Part shown: positions 13,701 through 27,600 of the stretch, piece after piece
Layout: each line of letters starts with the position of its first letter
Position numbering within the stretch: the stretch's first letter is position 1
Origin: Bugula neritina
Taxonomy: Eukaryota; Animalia; Bryozoa
Direction of reading: 5' to 3'
Assembly (NCBI GenBank): GCA_964035545.1
Contig: OZ037766.1
Location: 18,315,081 to 18,379,080 of the forward strand
Length of the DNA stretch: 64,000 bases
Translations under genes and position numbers: made by a program
Notes under the pieces: model-generated
Database searches by the model: none
Told to the model about the DNA's origin: nothing
The model's input: the letters and a program-made list of their open reading frames with translations, nothing else

Positions 13701-16700
13701 GTATGTTTCAGTATGTTGCAGTATATTTCCGTGCGTTATAGTATATTTCAGTATGATACAGCGTATTTCAGTATGTTACAGTGTATTTCAGTATGTTGCA
13801 GTATATTTCAGTATGTTACAATAAATTTCAGTATGTTACAGTACATTTCCGTAAATTACACTATACTTCAGTGTGTTGTAGTATATTTCAGTATGTTGCA
13901 GTATATCTCAGTATGTTACAGTATATTTCAGTATGTTACAGTATATTTCAGTGTGTTACAGAAAATTTCAGTATGTTACAGTGCATTTGCAGATATTACA
14001 CTATACTTCAGTGAGTTTTAGTGTCTTTCAGAATGTTGCAGTATATTTCAGTATGTTGCAGTATTTTGCAATATATTTTAGAATGTTACGGTGTATTTCA
14101 GTACGTTGCAGTATATTTCAGTATGATACAATAAATTTCAGTGTGTTACAGTACATTTCTGCAAATTACACTATACTTCAGTGAGTTGTAGTATATTTTA
14201 GTATCTTGCAGCATATCTCAGTATGTTACAGTTTATTTCAGTATGTCCCAGTATATTTCAGCGTCTTTCAGTATATTTCAGTATGCCACAGTGCATTTTC
14301 AGATTTTTCACTATACTTCAGCGGGTTTTAGTGTCTTTCAGTATGTTGCAGTATATTTCAGTATCTTGCAACATATTTCAATGTGTTGCAATGCATTTCA
14401 ATATGTTACAATGTATTTCAGTATGTTGCAGTATGTTGCAGTGTATTTCAGTATGTTACAGTGTATTTCAGTAGGTTTCAGTATCTTACAGTATATTTCA
14501 GTATGTTGCAGTATATTTCAGTGGGTTACAGTATATTCCAGTATGTTACAGTATGTTGCAGTATATTTCAGTATGTTACAGTATGTTTCATTATGTTGCA
14601 GTATGTTGCAGTATATTTCAATAGTTTGCAACATATTTCAGTAGGTTACCATATATTTCGGTATGTTGCAGCATATTTCAATGTGTTGCAGTGTATTTCA
14701 ATATGTTACAGTGTATATCAGTATGTTGCAGTATGTTGCAGTATGCTGCAGTATGTTGCAGTGTATTTCTGTATGTTACAGTGCATTTCAGTATGTTGCA
14801 GTATATTTCAGTTTGTTACAGTATATTTCAGTATGTTGCAGTATGTCTCAGTGGGTTATAGTATATTTCAGTATGATACAGCGTCTTTCAGTATGTTACA
14901 GTGTATTTCAGTATGTTGCAGTATTTTGCAATATGTTTCAGTATGTTACAGTGTATTTCAGTATGTTGCAGTATAATTCAGTATGTTACAATAAATTTCT
15001 GTATGATACAGCGTATTTCAGTATGTTACAGTGTATTTCAGTATGTTGCGGTATTTTGCAATGCATTTCAGTATGTTACAGTGTATTTCAGTATGTTGCA
15101 GTATAATTCAGTATGTTACAATAAATTTCAGTATGTTACAGTACATTTCCGTAAATTACACTATACTTCAGTGAGTTGTAGTATATTTCAGTGTCTTGCA
15201 GCATATCTCAGTATGTTACAGTATATTTCTGTATGTTACAGTATATTTCAGTGTGTTACAGTATATTTCAGTATGTTGCAGTATTTTGCAATATATTTTA
15301 GTATGTTACGGTGTATTTCAGTACGTTGCAGTATATTTCAGTATGATACAATAAATTTCAGTGTGTTACAGTACATTTCTGCAAATTACACTATACTTCA
15401 GTGAGTTGTAGTATATTTCAGTATCTTGCAGTATATCTCAGTATGTTACAGTTTATTTCAGTATGTTCCAGTATATTTCAGCGTCTTTCAGTATATTTCA
15501 GTATGCCACAGTGCATTTTCAGATTTTTCACTATACTTCAGTGAGTTTTAGTGTCTTTCAGTATGTTGCAGTATATTTCAGTATCTTGCAACATATTTCA
15601 ATGTGTTGCAATGCATTTCAATATGTTACAATGTATTTCAGTATGTTGCAGTATGTTGCGGTGTATTTCAGTATGTTACAGTGTATTTCAGTAGGTTTCA
15701 GTGTCTTGCAGTATATTTCAGCATGTTGCAGTATATTTCAGGATGTTGCAGTATGTTTCAGTATGTTACAGTATTTTGCCGTATTTTGCAGTTTATTTCA
15801 GTATGTCCCAGTATATTTCAGCGTGTTTCAGTATATTTCAGTATGCCACAGTGCATTTTCAGATTTTTCACTATACTTCAGTGAGTTTTAGTGTCGGTCA
15901 GTATGTTGCAGTATATTTCAGTATCTTGCAACATATTTCAATGTGTTGCAATGCATTTCAATATGTTACAATGTATTTCAGTATGTTGCAGTATGTTGCA
16001 GTGTATTTCAGTATGTTACAGTGTATTTCAGTAGGTTTCAGTGTCTTGCAGTATGTTTCAGCATGTTGCAGTATATTTCAGGATGTTGCAGTATGTTTCA
16101 GTATGTTACAGTATTTTGCCGTATTTTGCCGTATATTTCAGTGTGTTACAGTATATTTCATTATGTTGCAGTATGTTGCAGTATATTTCAATAGTTTGCA
16201 ACATATTTCAGTAGGTTACCATATATTATGGTATGTTGCAGCATATTTCAATGTGTTGCAGTGTATTTCAATATGTTACAGTGTATATCAGTATGTTGCA
16301 GTATGTTGCAGTATGCTGCAGTATGTTGCAGTGTATTTCTGTATGTTACAGTGTATTTCAGTATGTTGCAGTATATTTCAGTTTGTTACAGTATATTTCA
16401 GTATGTTGCAGTATGTTTCAGTGGGTTATAGTATATTTCAGTATGATACAGCGTCTTTCAGTATGTTACAGTGTATTTCAGTATGTTGCAGTATTTTGCA
16501 ATATGTTTCAGTATGTTACAGTGTATTTCAGTATGTTGCAGTATAATTCAGTATGTTACAATAAATTTCAGTATGTTACAGTACATTTCCGTAAATTACA
16601 CTATACTTCAGTGAGTTGTAGTATATTTCAGTATCTTGCAGTATATCTCAGTATGTTACAGTATATTTCAGTATGTTACAGTATATTTCAGTGTGTTACA

Positions 16701-18385
16701 GTAATTTCAGTATGTTACAGTGCATTTGCAGATATTACACTATACTTCAGTGAGTTTTAGTGTCTTTCAGTATGTTGCAGTATATTTCAGTATGTTGCAG
16801 TATTTTGCAATATATTTTAGTATGTTACGGTGTATTTCAGTACGTTGCAGTATATTTCAGTATGATACAATAAATTCCAGTGTGTTACAGTACATTTTTG
16901 CAAATTACACTATACTTCAGTGAGTTGTAGTATATTTCAGTATCTTGCAGTATATCTCAGTATGTTACAGTTTATTTCAGTATGTTCCAGTATATTTCAG
17001 CGTGTTTCAGTATATTTCAGTATGCCACAGTGCATTTTCAGATTTTTCACTATACTTCAGTGAGTTTTAGTGTCTTTCAGTATGTTGCAGTATATTTCGG
17101 TATCTTGCAACTTATTTCAATGTGTTGCATTGTATTTCAATATGTTACAGTGTATTTCAGTATGTTGCAGTATGTTGCACTGTACTTCAGTATGTTACAG
17201 TGTATTTCAGTAGATTTCAGTATCTTGCAGTATATTTCAGTATGTTGCAGTATATTTCAGTGGGTTACAGTATATTCCAGTATGTTCCAGTATGTTGCAG
17301 TATATTTCAGTATGTTACAGTGTATTTCTGTAGTTTGCAACATATTTCAGTAGGTTACCATATATTTCGGTATGTTGCAGCATATTTCAACGTGTTGCAG
17401 CGTATTTCAATATGTTACGGTGTATTTCAGTATGTTGCAGTATGTTGCAGTGTATTTCGGTATGTTACAGTGTATTTCAGTATGTTGCAGTATATTTCAG
17501 TATGTTACAGTATGTTTCAGTATGTTGCAGTATATTTCCGTGCGTTATAGTATATTTCAGTATGATACAGCGTATTTCAGTATGTTACAGTGTATTTCAG
17601 TATGTTGCAGTATATTTCAGTATGTTACAATAAATTTCAGTATGTTACAGTACATTTCCGTAAATTACACTATACTTCAGTGTGTTGTAGTATATTTCAG
17701 TATGTTGCAGTATATCTCAGTATGTTACAGTATATTTCAGTATGTTACAGTATATTTCAGTGTGTTACAGAAAATTTCAGTATGTTACAGTGCATTTGCA
17801 GATATTACACTATACTTCAGTGAGTTTTAGTGTCTTTCAGAATGTTGCAGTATATTTCAGTATGTTGCAGTATTTTGCAATATATTTTAGAATGTTACGG
17901 TGTATTTCAGTACGTTGCAGTATATTTCAGTATGATACAATAAATTTCAGTGTGTTACAGTACATTTCTGCAAATTACACTATACTTCAGTGAGTTGTAG
18001 TATATTTTAGTATCTTGCAGCATATCTCAGTATGTTACAGTTTATTTCAGTATGTCCCAGTATATTTCAGCGTCTTTCAGTATATTTCAGTATGCCACAG
18101 TGCATTTTCAGATTTTTCACTATACTTCAGTGGGTTTTAGTGTCTTTCAGTATGTTGCAGTATATTTCAGTATCTTGCAACATATTTCAATGTGTTGCAA
18201 TGCATTTCAATATGTTACAATGTATTTCAGTATGTTGCAGTATGTTGCAGTGTATTTCAGTATGTTACAGTGTATTTCAGTAGGTTTCAGTATCTTACAG
18301 TATATTTCAGTATGTTGCAGTATATTTCAGTGGGTTACAGTATATTCCAGTATGTTACAGTATGTTGCAGTATATTTCAGTATGT
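10765..18385. repeat. Near-identical 3809-bp tandem duplication (about 10765-14573 and 14574-18385)
   Basis: ORF pairs at constant offset 3809 (10854/14663, 11654/15463, 11892/15701, 13933/17742, 14223/18032). Shared private variants include the CATATATTATGG allele (about 12411 and 16220). Junction near 14575. Confidence 0.93.
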
Positions 18386-21300
18386 TACAGTGTATTTCAG
18401 TAGTTTGCAACATATTTCAGTAGGTTACCATATATTTCGGTATGTTGCAGCATATTTCAATGTGTTGCAGTGTATTTCAATATGTTACAGTGTATTTCAG
18501 TATGTTGCAGTATGTCGCAGTGTATTTCTGTATGTTACAGTGTATTTCAGTATGTTGCAGTATATTTCAGTATGTTACAGTATGTTTCAGTATGTTGCAG
18601 TATATTTCCGTGGGTTATAGTATATTTCAGTATGATACAGCGTATTTCAGTATGTTACAGTGTATTTCAGTATGTTGCAGTATTTTGCAATGCATTTCAG
18701 TATGTTACAGTGTATTTCAGTATGTTGCAGTATAATTCAGTATGTTACAATAAATTTCAGTATGATACAGCGTATTTCAGTATGTTACAGTGTATTTCAG
18801 TATGTTGCGGTATTTTGCAATGCATTTCAGTATGTTACAGTGTTTTTCAGTATGTTGCAGTATATTTCAGTATGTTACAATAAATTTCAGTATGTTACAG
18901 TACATTTCCGCAAATTACACTATACTTCAGTGAGTTGTAGTATATTTCAGTATGTTGCAGTATATCTCAGTATGTTACAGTATATTTCAGTATGTTACAG
19001 TATATTTCAGTGTGTTACAGTAAATTTCAGTATGTTACAGTGCATTTGCAGATACTACACTATACTTCAGTGAGTTTTAGTGTCTTTCAGTATGTTGCAG
19101 TATATTTCAGTATGTTGCAGTATTTTGCAATATATTTTAGTATGTTACGGTGTATTTCAGTACGTTGCAGTATATTTCAGTATGATACAATAAATTTCAG
19201 TGTGTTACAGTACATTTCTGCAAATTACACTATACTTCAGTGAGTTGTAGTATATTTCAGTATCTTGCAGTATATCTCAGTATGTTACAGTTTATTTCAG
19301 TATGTTCCAGTATATTTCAGCGTCTTTCAGTATATTTCAGTATGCCACAGTGCATTTTCAGATTTTTCACTATACTTCAGTGAGTTTTAGTGTCTTTCAG
19401 TATGTTGCAGTATATTTCAGTATCTTGCAACATATTTCAATGTGTTGCAATGCATTTCAATATGTTACAATGTATTTCAGTATGTTGCAGTATGTTGCGG
19501 TGTATTTCAGTATGTTACAGTGTATTTCAGTAGGTTTCAGTGTCTTGCAGTATATTTCAGCATGTTGCAGTATATTTCAGGATGTTGCAGTATGTTTCAG
19601 TATGTTACAGTATTTTGCCGTATATTTCAGTGTGTTACAGTATATTTCATTATGTTGCAGTATGTTGCAGTATATTTCAATAGTTTGCAACATATTTCAG
19701 TAGGTTACCATATATTTCGGTATGTTGCAGCATATTTCAATGTGTTGCAGTGTATTTCAATATGTTACAGTGTATATCAGTATGTTGCAGTATGTTGCAG
19801 TATGCTGCAGTATGTTGCAGTGTATTTCTGTATGTTACAGTGTATTTCAGTATGTTGCAGTATATTTCAGTTTGTTACAGTATATTTCAGTATGTTGCAG
19901 TATGTCTCAGTGGGTTATAGTATATTTCAGTATGATACAGCGTCTTTCAGTATGTTACAGTGTATTTCAGTATGTTGCAGTATTTTGCAATATGTTTCAG
20001 TATGTTACAGTGTATTTCAGTATGTTGCAGTATAATTCAGTATGTTACAATAAATTTCAGTATGATACAGCGTATTTCAGTATGTTACAGTGTATTTCAG
20101 TATGTTGCGGTATTTTGCAATGCATTTCAGTATGTTACAGTGTATTTCAGTATGTTGCAGTATATTTCAGTATGTTACAATAAATTTCAGTATGTTACAG
20201 TACATTTCCGTAAATTACACTATACTTCAGTGAGTTGTAGTATATTTCAGTATGTTGCAGTATATCTCAGTATGTTACAGTATATTTCAGTATGTTACAG
20301 TATATTTCAGTGTGTTACAGTAAATTTCAGTATGTTACAGTGCATTTGCAGATATTACACTATACTTCAGTGAGTTTTAGTGTCTTTCAGCATGTTGCAG
20401 TATATTTCAGTATGTTGCAGTATTTTGCAATATATTTTAGTATGTTACGGTGTATTTCAGTACGTTGCAGTATATTTCAGTATGATACAATAAATTTCAG
20501 TGTGTTACAGTACATTTCTGCAAATTACACTATACTTCAGTGAGTTGTAGTATATTTCAGTATCTTGCAGTATATCTCAGTATGTTACAGTTTATTTCAG
20601 TATGTTCCAGTATATTTCAGCGTCTTTCAGTATATTTCAGTATGCCACAGTGCATTTTCAGATTTTTCACTATACTTCAGTGAGTTTTAGTGTCTTTCAG
20701 TATGTTGCAGTATATTTCAGTATCTTGCAACATATTTCAATGTGTTGCAATGCATTTCAATATGTTACAATGTATTTCAGTATGTTGCAGTATGTTGCGG
20801 TGTATTTCAGTATGTTACAGTGTATTTCAGTAGGTTTCAGTGTCTTGCAGTATATTTCAGCATGTTGCAATATATTTCAGGATGTTGCAGTATGTTTCAG
20901 TATGTTACAGTATTTTGCCGTATTTTGCAGTTTATTTCAGTATGTCCCAGTATATTTCAGCGTGTTTCAGTATATTTCAGTATGCCACAGTGCATTTTCA
21001 GATTTTTCACTATACTTCAGTGAGTTTTAGTGTCGGTCAGTATGTTGCAGTATATTTCAGTATCTTGCAACATATTTCAATGTGTTGCAATGCATTTCAA
21101 TATGTTACAATGTATTTCAGTATGTTGCAGTATGTTGCAGTGTATTTCAGTATGTTACAGTGTATTTCAGTAGGTTTCAGTGTCTTGCAGTATATTTCAG
21201 CATGTTGCAGTATATTTCAGGATGTTGCAGTATGTTTCAGTATGTTACAGTATTTTGCCGTATATTTCAGTGTGTTACAGTATATTTCATTATGTTGCAG

Positions 21301-23080
21301 TATGTTGCAGTATATTTCAATAGTTTGCAACATATTTCAGTAGGTTACCATATATTTCGGTATGTTGCAGCATATTTCAATGTGTTGCAGTGTAATTCAA
21401 TATGTTACAGTGTACATCAGTATGTTGCAGTATGTTGCAGTATGCTGCAGTATGTTGCAGTGTATTTCTGTATGTTACAGTGTATTTCAGTATGTTGCAG
21501 TATATTTCAGTTTGTTACAGTATATTTCAGTATGTTGCAGTATGTTTCAGTGGGTTATAGTATATTTCAGTATGATACAGCGTCTTTCAGTATGTTACAG
21601 TGTATTTCAGTATGTTGCAGTATTTTGCAATATGTTTCAGTATGTTACAGTGTATTTCAGTATGTTGCAGTATAATTCAGTATGTTACAATAAATTTCAG
21701 TATGTTACAGTACATTTCCGTACATTACACTATACTTCAGTGAGTTGTAGTATATTTCAGTATCTTGCAGTATATCTCAGTATGTTACAGTATATTTCAG
21801 TATGTTACAGTATATTTCCGTGCGTTATAGTATATTTCAGTATGATACAGCGTATTTCAGTATGTTACAGTGTATTTCAGTATGTTGCAGTATATTTCAG
21901 TATGTTACAATAAATTTCAGTATGTTACAGTACATTTCCGTAAATTACACTATACTTCAGTGTGTTGTAGTATATTTCAGTATGTTGCAGTATATCTCAG
22001 TATGTTACAGCATATTTCAATGTTTTGCAGTGTATTTCAATATGTTACAGTGTATTTCAGTATGTTACAGTATATTTCAGTGTGTTACAGTAAATTTCAG
22101 TATGTTACAGTGCATTTGCAGATATTACACTATACTTCAGTGAGTTTTAGTGTCTTTCAGAATGTTGCAGTATATTTCAGTATGTTGCAGTATTTTGCAA
22201 TATATTTTAGAATGTTACGGTGTATTTCAGTACGTTGCAGTATATTTCAGTATGATACAATAAATTTCAGTGTGTTACAGTACATTTCTGCAAATTACAC
22301 TATACTTCAGTGAGTTGTAGTATATTTTAGTATCTTGCAGCATATCTCAGTATGTTACAGTTTATTTCAGTATGTCCCAGTATATTTCAGCGTCTTTCAG
22401 TATATTTCAGTATGCCACAGTGCATTTTCAGATTTTTCACTATACTTCAGTGGGTTTTAGTGTCTTTCAGTATGTTGCAGTATATTTCAGTATCTTGCAA
22501 CATATTTCAATGTGTTGCAATGCATTTCAATATGTTACAATGTATTTCAGTATGTTGCAGTATGTTGCAGTGTATTTCAGTATGTTACAGTGTATTTCAG
22601 TAGGTTTCAGTATCTTACAGTATATTTCAGTATGTTGCAGTATATTTCAGTGGGTTACAGTATATTCCAGTATGTTACAGTATGTTGCAGTATATTTCAG
22701 TATGTTACAGTGTATTTCAGTAGTTTGCAACATATTTCAGTAGGTTACCATATATTTCGGTATGTTGCAGCATATTTCAATGTGTTGCAGTGTATTTCAA
22801 TATGTTACAGTGTATTTCAGTATGTTGCAGTATGTCGCAGTGTATTTCTGTATGTTACAGTGTATTTCAGTATGTTGCAGTATATTTCAGTATGTTACAG
22901 TATGTTTCAGTATGTTGCAGTATATTTCCGTGGGTTATAGTATATTTCAGTATGATACAGCGTATTTCAGTATGTTACAGTGTATTTCAGTATGTTGCAG
23001 TATTTTGCAATGCATTTCAGTATGTTACAGTGTATTTCAGTATGTTGCAGTATAATTCAGTATGTTACAATAAATTTCAG
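17770..23080. repeat. About 1-kb block repeated at offset 4320 (about 17770-18760 vs 22090-23080)
   Basis: Shared variants CAGAATGTTG (17838/22158) and box variant CAGTGGGTTTTAG (18128/22448); ORF pairs 18032/22352 and 18442/22762. Confidence 0.85.
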
Positions 23081-26000
23081 TATGTTACAGTACATTTCCG
23101 TAAATTACACTATACTTCAGTGAGTTGTAGTATATTTCAGTATCTTGCAGTATATCTCAGTATGTTACAGTATATTTCAGTATGTTACAGTATATTTCAG
23201 TGTGTTACAGTAAATTTCAGTATGTTACAGTGCATTTGCAGATATTACACTATACTTCAGTGAGTTTTAGTGTCTTTCAGTATGTTGCAGTATATTTCAG
23301 TATGTTGCAGTATTTTGCAATATATTTTAGTATGTTACGGTGTATTTCAGTACGTTGCAGTATATTTCAGTATGATACAATAAATTTCAGTGTGTTACAG
23401 TACATTTCTGCAAATTACACTATACTTCAGTGAGTTGTAGTATATTTCAGTATCTTGCAGTATATCTCAGTATGTTACAGTTTATTTCAGTATGTTCCAG
23501 TATATTTCAGCGTCTTTCAGTATATTTCAGTATGCCACAGTGCATTTTCAGATTTTTCACTATACTTCAGTGAGTTTTAGTGTCTTTCAGTATGTTGCAG
23601 TATATTTCAGTATCTTGCAACATATTTCAATGTGTTGCAATGCATTTCAATATGTTACAATGTATTTCAGTATGTTGCAGTATGTTGCAGTGTATTTCAG
23701 TATGTTACAGTGTATTTCAGTAGGTTTCAGTGTCTTGCAGTATATTTCAGCATGTTGCAGTATATTTCAGGATGTTGCAGTATCTTTCAGTATAATTCAG
23801 TATTTTGCCGTATTTTGCAGTTTATTTCAGTATGTTCCAGTATATTTCAGCGTGTTTCAGTATATTTCAGTATGCCACAGTGCATTTTCAGATTTTTCAC
23901 TATACTTCAGTGAGTTTTAGTGTCGGTCAGTATGGTGCAGTATATTTCAGTATCTTGCAACATATTTCAATGTGTTGCAATGCATTTCAATATGTTACAA
24001 TGTATTTCAGTATGTTGCAGTATGTTGCAGTGTATTTCAGTATGTTACAGTGTATTTCAGTAGGTTTCAGTGTCTTGCAGTGTATTTCAGCATGTTGCAG
24101 TATATTTCAGGATGTGGCAGTATGTTTCAGTATGTTACAGTATTTTGCCGTATATTTCAGTGTGTTACAGTATATTTCATTATGTTGCAGTATGTTGCAG
24201 TATATTTCAATAGTTTGCAACATATTTCAGTAGGTTACCATATATTTCGGTATGTTGCAGCATATTTCAATGTGTTGCAGTGTATTTCAATATGTTACAG
24301 TGTATATCAGTATGTTGCAGTATGTTGCAGTATGCTGCAGTATGTTGCAGTGTATTTCTGTATGTTACAGTGTATTTCAGTATGTTGCAGTATATTTCAG
24401 TTTGTTACAGTATATTTCAGTATGTTGCAGTATGTCTCAGTGGGTTATAGTATATTTCAGTATGATACAGCGTCTTTCAGTATGTTACAGTGTATTTCAG
24501 TATGTTGCAGTATTTTGCAATATGTTTCAGTATGTTACAGTGTATTTCAGTATGTTGCAGTATAATTCAGTATGTTACAATAAATTTCAGTATGATACAG
24601 CGTATTTCAGTATGTTACAGTGTATTTCAGTATGTTGCGGTATTTTGCAATGCATTTCAGTATGTTACAGTGTTTTTCAGTATGTTGCAGTATATTTCAG
24701 TATGTTACAATAAATTTCAGTATGTTACAGTACATTTCCGCAAATTACACTATACTTCAGTGAGTTGTAGTATATTTCAGTATGTTGCAGTATATCTCAG
24801 TATGTTACAGTATATTTCAGTATGTTACAGTATATTTCAGTGTGTTACAGTAAATTTCAGTATGTTACAGTGCATTTGCAGATACTACACTATACTTCAG
24901 TGAGTTTTAGTGTCTTTCAGTATGTTGCAGTATATTTCAGTATGTTGCAGTATTTTGCAATATATTTTAGTATGTTACGGTGTATTTCAGTACGTTGCAG
25001 TATATTTCAGTATGATACAATAAATTTCAGTGTGTTACAGTACATTTCTGCAAATTACACTATACTTCAGTGAGTTGTAGTATATTTCAGTATCTTGCAG
25101 TATATCTCAGTATGTTACAGTTTATTTCAGTATGTTCCAGTATATTTCAGCGTCTTTCAGTATATTTCAGTATGCCACAGTGCATTTTCAGATTTTTCAC
25201 TATACTTCAGTGAGTTTTAGTGTCTTTCAGTATGTTGCAGTATATTTCAGTATCTTGCAACATATTTCAATGTGTTGCAATGCATTTCAATATGTTACAA
25301 TGTATTTCAGTATGTTGCAGTATGTTGCGGTGTATTTCAGTATGTTACAGTGTATTTCAGTAGGTTTCAGTGTCTTGCAGTATATTTCAGCATGTTGCAG
25401 TATATTTCAGGATGTTGCAGTATGTTTCAGTATGTTACAGTATTTTGCCGTATATTTCAGTGTGTTACAGTATATTTCATTATGTTGCAGTATGTTGCAG
25501 TATATTTCAATAGTTTGCAACATATTTCAGTAGGTTACCATATATTTCGGTATGTTGCAGCATATTTCAATGTGTTGCAGTGTATTTCAATATGTTACAG
25601 TGTATATCAGTATGTTGCAGTATGTTGCAGTATGCTGCAGTATGTTGCAGTGTATTTCTGTATGTTACAGTGTATTTCAGTATGTTGCAGTATATTTCAG
25701 TTTGTTACAGTATATTTCAGTATGTTGCAGTATGTCTCAGTGGGTTATAGTATATTTCAGTATGATACAGCGTCTTTCAGTATGTTACAGTGTATTTCAG
25801 TATGTTGCCGTATTTTGCAATATGTTTCAGTATGTTACAGTGTATTTCAGTATGTTGCAGTATAATTCAGTATGTTACAATAAATTTCAGTATGATACAG
25901 CGTATTTCAGTATGTTACAGTGTATTTCAGTATGTTGCGGTATTTTGCAATGCATTTCAGTATGTTACAGTGTATTTCAGTATGTTGCAGTATATTTCAG

Positions 26001-27600
26001 TATGTTACAATAAATTTCAGTATGTTACAGTACATTTCCGTAAATTACACTATACTTCAGTGAGTTGTAGTATATTTCAGTATGTTGCAGTATATCTCAG
26101 TATGTTACAGTATATTTCAGTATGTTACAGTATATTTCAGTGTGTTACAGTAAATTTCAGTATGTTACAGTGCATTTGCAGATATTACACTATACTTCAG
26201 TGAGTTTTAGTGTCTTTCAGTATGTTGCAGTATATTTCAGTATGTTGCAGTATTTTGCAATATATTTTAGTATGTTACGGTGTATTTCAGTACGTTGCAG
26301 TATATTTCAGTATGATACAATAAATTTCAGTGTGTTACAGTACATTTCTGCAAATTACACTATACTTCAGTGAGTTGTAGTATATTTCAGTATCTTGCAG
26401 TATATCTCAGTATGTTACAGTTTATTTCAGTATGTTCCAGTATATTTCAGCGTCTTTCAGTATATTTCAGTATGCCACAGTGCATTTTCAGATTTTTCAC
26501 TATACTTCAGTGAGTTTTAGTGTCTTTCAGTATGTTGCAGTATATTTCAGTATCTTGCAACATATTTCAATGTGTTGCAATGCATTTCAATATGTTACAA
26601 TGTATTTCAGTATGTTGCAGTATGTTGCTGTGTATTTCAGTATGTTACAGTGTATTTCAGTAGGTTTCAGTGTCTTGCAGTATATTTCAGCATGTTGCAG
26701 TATATTTCAGGATGTTGCAGTATGTTTCAGTATGTTACAGTATTTTGCCGTATTTTGCAGTTTATTTCAGTATGTCCCAGTATATTTCAGCGTGTTTCAG
26801 TATATTTCAGTATGCCACAGTGCATTTTCAGATTTTTCACTATACTTCAGTGAGTTTTAGTGTCGGTCAGTATGTTGCAGTATATTTCAGTATCTTGCAA
26901 CATATTTCAATGTGTTGCAATGCATTTCAATATGTTACAATGTATTTCAGTATGTTGCAGTATGTTGCAGTGTATTTCAGTATGTTACAGTGTATTTCAG
27001 TAGGTTTCAGTGTCTTGCAGTATATTTCAGCATGTTGCAGTATATTTCAGGATGTTGCAGTATGTTTCAGTATGTTACAGTATTTTGCCGTATTTTGCCG
27101 TATATTTCAGTGTGTTACAGTATATTTCATTATGTTGCAGTATGTTGCAGTATATTTCAATAGTTTGCAACATATTTCAGTAGGTTACCATATATTTCGG
27201 TATGTTGCAGCATATTTCAATGTGTTGCAGTGTAATTCAATATGTTACAGTGTACATCAGTATGTTGCAGTATGTTGCAGTATGCTGCAGTATGTTGCAG
27301 TGTATTTCTGTATGTTACAGTGTATTTCAGTATGTTGCAGTATATTTCAGTTTGTTACAGTATATTTCAGTATGTTGCAGTATGTTTCAGTGGGTTATAG
27401 TATATTTCAGTATGATACAGCGTCTTTCAGTATGTTACAGTGTATTTCAGTATGTTGCAGTATTTTGCAATATGTTTCAGTATGTTACAGTGTATTTCAG
27501 TATGTTGCAGTATAATTCAGTATGTTACAATAAATTTCAGTATGTTACAGTACATTTCCGTACATTACACTATACTTCAGTGAGTTGTAGTATATTTCAG
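18700..27600. repeat. About 3-kb block repeated at offset 5830/5840 (about 18700-21760 vs 24530-27600), each copy containing a 1300-bp tandem unit
   Basis: Shared private variants TGTTTTTCAG (18841/24671), GATACTACAC (19051/24881) and TACATTACAC (21721/27561). The 1300-bp unit is seen at 18992/20292 and 24822/26122. Confidence 0.88.
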
